Source of the DNA: Paracoccaceae bacterium
GTDB lineage: Bacteria; Pseudomonadota; Alphaproteobacteria; Rhodobacterales; Rhodobacteraceae
Assembly: GCA_965277275.1 (NCBI GenBank)
Contig: CBDICG010000002.1
Location: forward strand, 2,322,850 to 2,386,849
Reading direction: 5' to 3'
DNA length: 64,000 nt
This document shows positions 57,882-64,000 of this stretch, piece after piece; the stretch's first letter is position 1, and each line of letters starts with the position of its first letter. The notes beneath the pieces are model-generated. The model was not told where the DNA came from. It saw only the letters and a list, made by a program, of their open reading frames with translations, and made no database searches. Position numbers and translations under genes: made by a program.

Positions 57882-59315
57882 TCATTCCGCCACTCTCGGC
57901 GGCGGGCCGCCACGGGTCTCGGTGGCCGCGCCGTTCCCTGCTTCCGCATCGTCCGCATCGACAGAAGCGGAGGGCCCCATAGTTGGGTCGACAGGACCAA
58001 GGCCCGCAGCCATGCCGGGCGCATCCCCAGCGGTTGCAGTGGGGGGGCCAGCGGAGGCTCGCGGCGTGTCGGTCTGCGCTGTTCCAGCCGGGCTCGCGCC
58101 TGCGGGATCACCAGCGGCCGGGGCACCTTCAGCCGGCCCCGCGCGCTCCGGGTCAAGGGCCGTCGGCACCGCGCCATCCACACCCGCAGCGGCCTCTGCC
58201 TCGCGCCGTAGCTTCCGGATCAACTCCAGTTCGGACTGGAAATCGACGTAGTGCGGCAGCTTGATATGCTCCAGAAATCCGGTCGCCTGGATGTTGTCGC
58301 CATGGCTCAGCACGAACTCCGCGTCCTGCGCCGGCGCGTGGCTGGTGTCCTCGCCCAGCTCTTCCCAGCGCAGCGCGCGGTCCACGAGGCTCATCGATAT
58401 CGCCTTGCGCTCGGACCGGCCGAAGACGAGGCCGTACCCCCGGGTGAATTGCGGTGGCTCCGTCTTCGAGCCGATGAACTGGTTGACCGTCTCGCATTCG
58501 GTGAGCGTCACCTCGCCGATCTCGATGGCGAACCCGAGCTCCGGGATCTCTATCTCCACCGGCACCGCGCCGATCCGCAATTCGCCGACGAAGGCGTGCG
58601 TGCGACCAAAGCCGCGCTGGGTGGAATACGCCATCCCCAGCGTAAAGCCCTCGTCCGCCCGCGCCAGCGTCTGCAGCCGCAGCGCCCGCTCGGCGGGCAA
58701 TTCAAAGGGCTCGCGCGTGAGATCGGGTGGCTCCGCGCGGGTGTCCTCCGCGCCCTCGATCAATCCTTCCGCGTTGAGGAACCCGGTGACGTGCGGCACC
58801 CCCCCCGAGGGCGTCATCGGGGGTGTCTCTGGGAGCCCCTCGGGGGGAGCATCCCGCGCACCCTCCGCCGCGCTTCCGGCTGTGTTGCCCTCCGGGTCGG
58901 TCGGGCCCTCTGCGGCAAGCGCGAAATCAATCAGCCGGTGCGTGTAATCGAACGTCGGGCCGAGCACCTGCCCGCCCGGAAGGTCCTTGTACGTCGCCGA
59001 GATGCGGCGGTCGCATCGCATGGCTGCCGTCTCCACCGGTGTGGTGTAACCAAAGCGTGGCAAGGTGGTGCGGTAGGCGCGGACGAGAAAGATCGCCTCG
59101 ATCAGATCCCCGCGCGCCTGTTTGATCGCCAGCGCCGCGAGATCGGGATCGTAGACCGAGCCCTCGGCCATCACCCGGTCCACCGCCAGCGCCAGCTGCT
59201 CCCGGATCTGCGCGATGCTCAGCTCGGCAACAGCGCGGTCGCCCCGGCGCTCGTCGGCGAGCCAGTCGTGGGCGCTCTCGATCGCGCGCTCGCCCCCTTT
59301 TGCGGCCACATACAT
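57882..59315 (-). CDS. phnI: C-P lyase complex subunit PhnI with internal and C-terminal low-complexity additions
   Basis: MYVAAKGGE, RRISATYKDLPGGQVLGPTFDY, HGDNIQATGFLEHIKLPHYVDFQSEL. Confidence 0.96.
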   Translation of the reverse strand: MYVAAKGGERAIESAHDWLADERRGDRAVAELSIAQIREQLALAVDRVMAEGSVYDPDLAALAIKQARGDLIEAIFLVRAYRTTLPRFGYTTPVETAAMRCDRRISATYKDLPGGQVLGPTFDYTHRLIDFALAAEGPTDPEGNTAGSAAEGARDAPPEGLPETPPMTPSGGVPHVTGFLNAEGLIEGAEDTRAEPPDLTREPFELPAERALRLQTLARADEGFTLGMAYSTQRGFGRTHAFVGELRIGAVPVEIEIPELGFAIEIGEVTLTECETVNQFIGSKTEPPQFTRGYGLVFGRSERKAISMSLVDRALRWEELGEDTSHAPAQDAEFVLSHGDNIQATGFLEHIKLPHYVDFQSELELIRKLRREAEAAAGVDGAVPTALDPERAGPAEGAPAAGDPAGASPAGTAQTDTPRASAGPPTATAGDAPGMAAGLGPVDPTMGPSASVDADDAEAGNGAATETRGGPPPRVAE

Positions 59316-59319
59316 CGGC

Positions 59320-59886
59320 TCAGTTCACCTTTGTCGTGCGCGGCAAGGCGGCCACATGCGCCCCCGCCGTCAGGATGAAATCGAGCCCGAGCGGAAAGAT
59401 GCGCCGGTTCGCCTGAAAGGCTGCGCATTCGGGCAACGACAGATGGATGTCCGTCTCGATCCCCGGCCCGGTCAATCGTGCGCCGCTGGGCGCAAGCTCC
59501 GGCATCTCGACGATCAGGGTTGCCGAGCGATCGGGGTAGTCCGGCGTGCCGGGCGCGAACCGCCCGAGCGGCTGGAGTTTGGCCCACGGACCCACTGCAA
59601 ATCGGGCCTCCCGCGCGCCCACGAGGGGGGCGCCGGTGTGGAACGTCACCCAGCCGCGGATCTCGGCGGTGTCGAGTGGTCCGGACAAGTGCACAGGCGT
59701 GTCCGGATCGCAGAGCACCAGCAGCACCGTTCCCGCCGCCACGGAGAGCGGTGCAGGCGGCTGTGCTCCCGCGCAGGGGTGGATCGTCCCGGGGCGCGAC
59801 ATCGCCGCGAGCACGCTGCGAAACGCCACAGCCGCATCGCGCGGCGGGTCGGCGAGCCCGCCGCCCAAGGCCTCTGCCGCCGTCAT
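59320..59886 (-). CDS. phnH: C-P lyase subunit PhnH
   Basis: FRSVLAAMSRPG, LCDPDTPV, FHTGAP, GTPDYPDRSATL, LTGPGI, ALPRTT. Confidence 0.95.
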   Translation of the reverse strand: MTAAEALGGGLADPPRDAAVAFRSVLAAMSRPGTIHPCAGAQPPAPLSVAAGTVLLVLCDPDTPVHLSGPLDTAEIRGWVTFHTGAPLVGAREARFAVGPWAKLQPLGRFAPGTPDYPDRSATLIVEMPELAPSGARLTGPGIETDIHLSLPECAAFQANRRIFPLGLDFILTAGAHVAALPRTTKVN

Positions 59887-60332
59887 GCGCTCTGCCCCCG
59901 CGACATGGTGAAGAAATCGACCTTGGTTGCCGCGGCCCTGTCTGCCCGCGCCGCCTTGCGGGCGGTTTCCTCGGCGCGCAGCGGCGCCAGGACCGCTGCC
60001 TCGACCCGCGCCGCCGCCTCCGTCTGCATCAGCGCATCCACGAGCGCGGCCGCCCGTGCCCCGGCCTTGTCCCGGCCCTGCACGTAGCCATGCCCCACCG
60101 CGCCGCCTGCAAGGCGCAGGCTGCACCGTGTCACGGTCATTTCGCCGAGGTTGAACGCGGCTCCGACGGCGCCCGCGCGTCCGCGCAGCATGACGCTCCC
60201 GATCTCCGGCGGCCTCATCCACTCGAAGGGCGCGTCCAGCCCTGCGGCCTCGCAGAGCTGCGCCGCCCGGGCCCCGGAGCGGGCGAGAACGCCCAGGTTG
60301 GCGCGCCGTGTGTCTGTGGGAGCGTCTGTCAT
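59883..60332 (-). CDS. phnG: C-P lyase subunit PhnG
   Basis: PEIGSVMLRGRAG, FNLGEMTVTRC, GHGYVQGRD, AATKVDFFTM. Confidence 0.95.
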   Translation of the reverse strand: MTDAPTDTRRANLGVLARSGARAAQLCEAAGLDAPFEWMRPPEIGSVMLRGRAGAVGAAFNLGEMTVTRCSLRLAGGAVGHGYVQGRDKAGARAAALVDALMQTEAAARVEAAVLAPLRAEETARKAARADRAAATKVDFFTMSRGQSA

Positions 60333-60352
60333 CTCGACAACTCTGCCAGTTA

Positions 60353-60367
60353 CTATACAACTAGACA
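60353..60367. promoter_or_regulatory. Candidate PhnF (HutC/GntR) operator between divergent phnG and phnF
   Basis: CTATACAACTAGACA, an AT-rich imperfect dyad with GT-(C/A)TA(G/T)AC-like half sites typical of HutC-subfamily boxes. Confidence 0.5.
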
Positions 60368-60429
60368 CATTATGCATCAGGAGCGCCCGGCGCGCCACCG
60401 ATTTAGCGCAGTCAGCGGATGAAACCCCG

Positions 60430-61161
60430 ATGAAAGACGGCCCCAAAACTCCGCTCTACCGGCACATTGCCCAAGCCTTGCGCACCGACATTGCCGAAGG
60501 CGCCTACGCACAGGGGGAGAAGCTGCCGACAGAGGCACGGCTCGCCGCGCGCTTCGGGGTGAACCGGCATACGGTGCGCCATGCGCTCGGGGTGCTGGCC
60601 GAAGAGGGGGTCGTCCGCGCGCGGCGCGGCTCGGGCACGACCGTCATCGGCCAGCCGATCGACTACCGCCTCGGCACGCGTGTCCGGTTCCGAAGCAACC
60701 TTCTGGGCGAGGGGCTCGCACCCGACCGCGAGCTGCTGTCTGTCGAGCTGCGCGCGGCGACGGCACATGATGCGCGTGTGCTGAAGCTCGATCCGGGGGC
60801 GGACGTCTGTGTGTACCGCGCGCGTACCTTTGCGGATGGCGCGGCGATGGCCATTGCCGAGAGCCGCTTCCCCGAGCAGCGCTTGCAGGGTCTCTCCGAG
60901 GCGCTCAGAGAGACGAACGGCGTCACCCGCGCCCTCGCGCATGTCGGGGTGCAGGATTACACACGGGCCTCAACGCGGCTCACCGCCGAGCGGGCGAGCC
61001 CGTTCGTTGCGCTGCACCTCGGATTGTCCGAAGGCGACCCGGTGCTCTACGCCTCCTCGGTCAATGTCGACGCAGCGGGGCAGGTGGTGGAATACGGGCA
61101 GACATGGTTCGCGGGGGGGCGGGTCGTGCTGACCGTCGACCAGAGGGATTTCACGGGCTGA
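60430..61161 (+). CDS. phnF: Phosphonate metabolism regulator PhnF (GntR/HutC)
   Basis: KLPTEARLAARFGVNRHTVRHAL, RRGSGT, UTRA domain ending TWFAGGRV. Confidence 0.95.
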   Translation: MKDGPKTPLYRHIAQALRTDIAEGAYAQGEKLPTEARLAARFGVNRHTVRHALGVLAEEGVVRARRGSGTTVIGQPIDYRLGTRVRFRSNLLGEGLAPDRELLSVELRAATAHDARVLKLDPGADVCVYRARTFADGAAMAIAESRFPEQRLQGLSEALRETNGVTRALAHVGVQDYTRASTRLTAERASPFVALHLGLSEGDPVLYASSVNVDAAGQVVEYGQTWFAGGRVVLTVDQRDFTG

Positions 61162-61230
61162 CGCGTTGCGTTGCTGCCCCGCCCGGAGCGCGTGCCTTGC
61201 CATGCAGCCCGTGCCCGCGCTCCACTTTCG

Positions 61231-61314
61231 TCGCCCGTCGCCCGTCGCCCGTCGCCCGTCGCCCGTCGCCCGTCGCCCGTCGCCCGTCGCCCTTCGCCCG
61301 TCGCCCGTCGCCCG
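61231..61314. repeat. Heptamer tandem array (TCGCCCG)x12 with one variant unit
   Basis: Counted directly: 84 bp; variant TCGCCCT. Confidence 0.95.
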
Positions 61315-61636
61315 TGCCGCTTGCCCATGCCGCCCCACCTCCGTCGTTTCGCCACACGTCCCCGGCAGGATGTCCGGATCCCCGTGGCACCGCAGGCCCC
61401 CCGGCCCTTTCACGCAAGCGGACAGACGCGCCGGTCGGCGCACGTCCCACGCCGCAACCTCCCCCAGGCACATATCGCAGACCAGCCCCGCGACACCCGC
61501 CCCGGGGCCAGTCAGGATGCACGCCCGGCAGGTAGATCGCATTCGGCCTTTTACGAAGTGTGCATGAATTCGTGGTCTCCACGCAGGTATCGCTGCGGCG
61601 GAACGCCCGGCACATTGGAAGCCGCGCGCCTGACCC

Positions 61637-63847
61637 ATGGAGCCTCACATGTCCGCAAAGGGCCCTCTTGAGCAGAACGCCCAGCCAGCAAACGAGCGCA
61701 TAGAGGCCTACATTCGGTCGGCGACCGAAGCCGCCAACGTCGCGCTCTGGAGCACGTGCCCGGAAACCGGCGAGACGTGGTATTCCCCGACGTGGTTCAC
61801 CAACCTCGGCTTCGAACCCAATGCCTTTGTGCCGTCCTTCGACGGCTTCATGAAGCGCATGCATCCCGACGATCGCGCCCCGACGCTGGCCGCCTTCACG
61901 GATCTCGTCGAAGATCGCACGCGCACCTACTCCGCGGATTTCCGGCTCCGGGACGCCGCCGGGGAGTGGCGCTGGATCGGCGCGTCCGGCGCCAAGGTCG
62001 AGCGCGGCGGCGGCCTGCCCTACGTCATCTACGGAATGCAGATGGATATCTCCCGGCGCAAGGCGACGGAGGAGGAGCTCGCATTCACCGCCCGCACCGC
62101 GGAACAGCACCGCCAGCGCCTCGCCCGCCTCGCCGAGAACTCTCCCGCCGCACTCTTCGAGTTCAAGATCGACACAGACGGCACCGTCTCGCTGCCCTAC
62201 GTCACGGCCGGGGTCCACGACATCTTGAACGTGCCGCCCGAGGACGTCACCGCAGACGGCATGAGCGCCTTTCGCAACATCTTCGAGGAAGATGTCGGCC
62301 TGATGGGCCCCGCCATCGAGGATTCGCGGGTCAACCTGACCCCCTTCAAGATGCGCTACCGCGTGAAACGGCCCGATATGCCCGGCGGGTATATCTGGGC
62401 GCAGGCGAACTCCGTTCCCCACCGCGAGGCGGACGGCTCCACCGTCTGGTTCGGCAGCCTCTATGACGTCACCCTCGAAGTGGAGCGCGAAGCGATGCTC
62501 GCCCACGCGCGCGACAGCATGCGCCACCTTGCGCTGCATGACGGGCTGACCGGCCTGCCGAACCGCCGCCGGTTCGACGAGATCCTCAAGAGCAGGGCTG
62601 AAACCCACGATAACGCGGTGCCCGCCGCCGTGCTCATCCGGATCGACCTCGACCGCTTCAAGTTCGTCAACGATACCCTGGGCCACCCGGCGGGCGATGC
62701 TGTCCTGATCCACGTCGCCTCGATCCTGCAAAGCCTCCTCGGGCCGGATGACCTTGCAAGCCGCGTCGGTGGGGATGAGTTCTGCGTGATTATGCGCCAT
62801 GGCAAGACCGTGGAAGACGCCAAGAAGATCGTCACCGCGATCCAGGAGCGTCTCGCCGTCCCGTTCAAGTATCAGGGCAAGATCTGCCGGTTTGGCGCGA
62901 GCTTCGGCATCGCCTCGTCCGAACACGGCAACATCGCGAACGGAGATCTTATGTCGTTCGCCGATGCCGCGCTCTATGAGGCGAAAGCCGCCGGGCGCGG
63001 GCGGCTGGAGGTTTTCAGCAAGGACCTTTACGACGAAATCCTCGCTGGCAGGCGCATGGCCGCCGAGCTCGAAGCGGCGCTGGAATTGCGCCAGTTCGAG
63101 CCGTTCTTCCAGCCACAGATCTGCGCGCATACCGGCGCGCTTGTCGGGATGGAGGTTCTTGCCCGGTGGCAGCGCGACGACGGCACGCTGGTGCCGCCCG
63201 ACAGGTTCATGCCGATCGCCGAGCAGATCCGTGCGGTGCCGCTGATCGACAAGCTCATGGTCGAACGGGCGGCCGCCATTGTCGACGAGTGGATGGCCGG
63301 CGGGCTAACCCCTCCGAAGATGTCCTTCAACCTCTCCGCCGGGCGGCTGCGCGAGCATGGCATCGTCTCCGAGATGCGCAGCCTGCAGGACAAGGGCATC
63401 CAGATCGCGTTCGAGCTCCTGGAATCCATCCTTCTGGAGGAGGAGGATTGCGTCGTACGGTTCAACCTCGACCTCGCCCGGGACGCTGGCATTCACATCG
63501 AGATCGACGATTTCGGCACCGGTCACGCCTCCATCCTCGGGCTTCTGAATGTCAGCCCTGACGTGCTGAAGATCGATCGCCGCCTGACGGCCAATGTCGT
63601 CGAGACGGATCAGGCCCGTGATCTCGTCGCATCGATCCTCGGGATCGCCCGCTCTCTTGGCATTCGCACCGTCGCCGAGGGCATCGAGACCGAGGCGCAA
63701 GCCCATGTGCTGCGCGATCTCGGGTGCAACGTCTTTCAGGGGTACCTCTATGCGAGGCCGCTCGCCGCGCACGCATTACTCGACTGGGCCCGCGTCAACG
63801 GTTTCGTCGCGGCACCCCGTTCACCGAAGCGCGCCCGGCGCGGCTGA
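61637..63847 (+). CDS. PAS-PAS-GGDEF-EAL diguanylate cyclase/phosphodiesterase
   Basis: MHPDD and WRWIG (PAS_3); HDGLTGLPNRR, RVGGDEF; EVLARW, IDDFGTGHAS, VAEGIE, QGYLYARP. No RxxD I-site. Start may be 61649. Confidence 0.95.
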   Translation: MEPHMSAKGPLEQNAQPANERIEAYIRSATEAANVALWSTCPETGETWYSPTWFTNLGFEPNAFVPSFDGFMKRMHPDDRAPTLAAFTDLVEDRTRTYSADFRLRDAAGEWRWIGASGAKVERGGGLPYVIYGMQMDISRRKATEEELAFTARTAEQHRQRLARLAENSPAALFEFKIDTDGTVSLPYVTAGVHDILNVPPEDVTADGMSAFRNIFEEDVGLMGPAIEDSRVNLTPFKMRYRVKRPDMPGGYIWAQANSVPHREADGSTVWFGSLYDVTLEVEREAMLAHARDSMRHLALHDGLTGLPNRRRFDEILKSRAETHDNAVPAAVLIRIDLDRFKFVNDTLGHPAGDAVLIHVASILQSLLGPDDLASRVGGDEFCVIMRHGKTVEDAKKIVTAIQERLAVPFKYQGKICRFGASFGIASSEHGNIANGDLMSFADAALYEAKAAGRGRLEVFSKDLYDEILAGRRMAAELEAALELRQFEPFFQPQICAHTGALVGMEVLARWQRDDGTLVPPDRFMPIAEQIRAVPLIDKLMVERAAAIVDEWMAGGLTPPKMSFNLSAGRLREHGIVSEMRSLQDKGIQIAFELLESILLEEEDCVVRFNLDLARDAGIHIEIDDFGTGHASILGLLNVSPDVLKIDRRLTANVVETDQARDLVASILGIARSLGIRTVAEGIETEAQAHVLRDLGCNVFQGYLYARPLAAHALLDWARVNGFVAAPRSPKRARRG

Positions 63848-64000
63848 CCTTGCAACAGGCATCTGCGCGCCCCGGCCCCCAGCGCGCAAACGGGCCCCTT
63901 ACGGGAAGGATGTGAAGCGGTTCGCCCCGTTTGCCACCCGCGCCATCCTCAGCACGCCCAATCTGCGCTGATTGCCGGGCGCACCTCCGAAGCCTTGTTT

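Noticed and set aside
1-64000. rRNA, tRNA, riboswitch, integrase or prophage genes
   Set aside because: None recognised by eye; a covariance-model search (Infernal/tRNAscan-SE) would be needed to exclude small RNAs.

Overview
High-GC alphaproteobacterial DNA, Rhodobacteraceae-like judged by gene content. Left to right: (i) two coupled hypothetical genes running off the left edge and a Rieske/FMN glutamate-synthase-family gene; (ii) a curli locus (csgF, csgG, three curlins, an unknown secreted protein, csgH) preceded by a perfect CtrA box; (iii) an RTX-type M10 metalloprotease; (iv) an AraC-NmrA-DUF1772 module; (v) a signal-peptide-less cluster of an S8 protease split by one in-frame TGA, a 1304-aa trypsin-SGNH-trypsin-EEP fusion, a tyrosinase with a C-terminal extra domain and a DUF2182 membrane protein; (vi) a Hint/RTX protein and an orphan phnM paralog; (vii) a small-protein / kinase-like+methyltransferase / LtaS-like trio; (viii) an RTX S8 protease with five tandem ~122-aa repeats; (ix) GT87, TAT amidohydrolase, Wzy-like, exonuclease and GNAT genes; (x) a decay zone with IS5, aldehyde dehydrogenase and hybrid kinase remnants around one intact Lys-rich ORFan; (xi) copA-cueR with a 19-bp-spacer MerR promoter; (xii) a C-P lyase operon phnGHIJKLNM plus phnF, inflated by low-complexity inserts and split by an antisense membrane-protein gene; (xiii) a PAS-PAS-GGDEF-EAL gene. 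Three related heptamer arrays are scattered through the window. The best candidate for an undescribed system is the cytoplasmic protease-nuclease-tyrosinase cluster at 17105-25455. All family assignments come from motif recognition by eye; no searches were run. Start codons were re-picked using RBS and overlap evidence.
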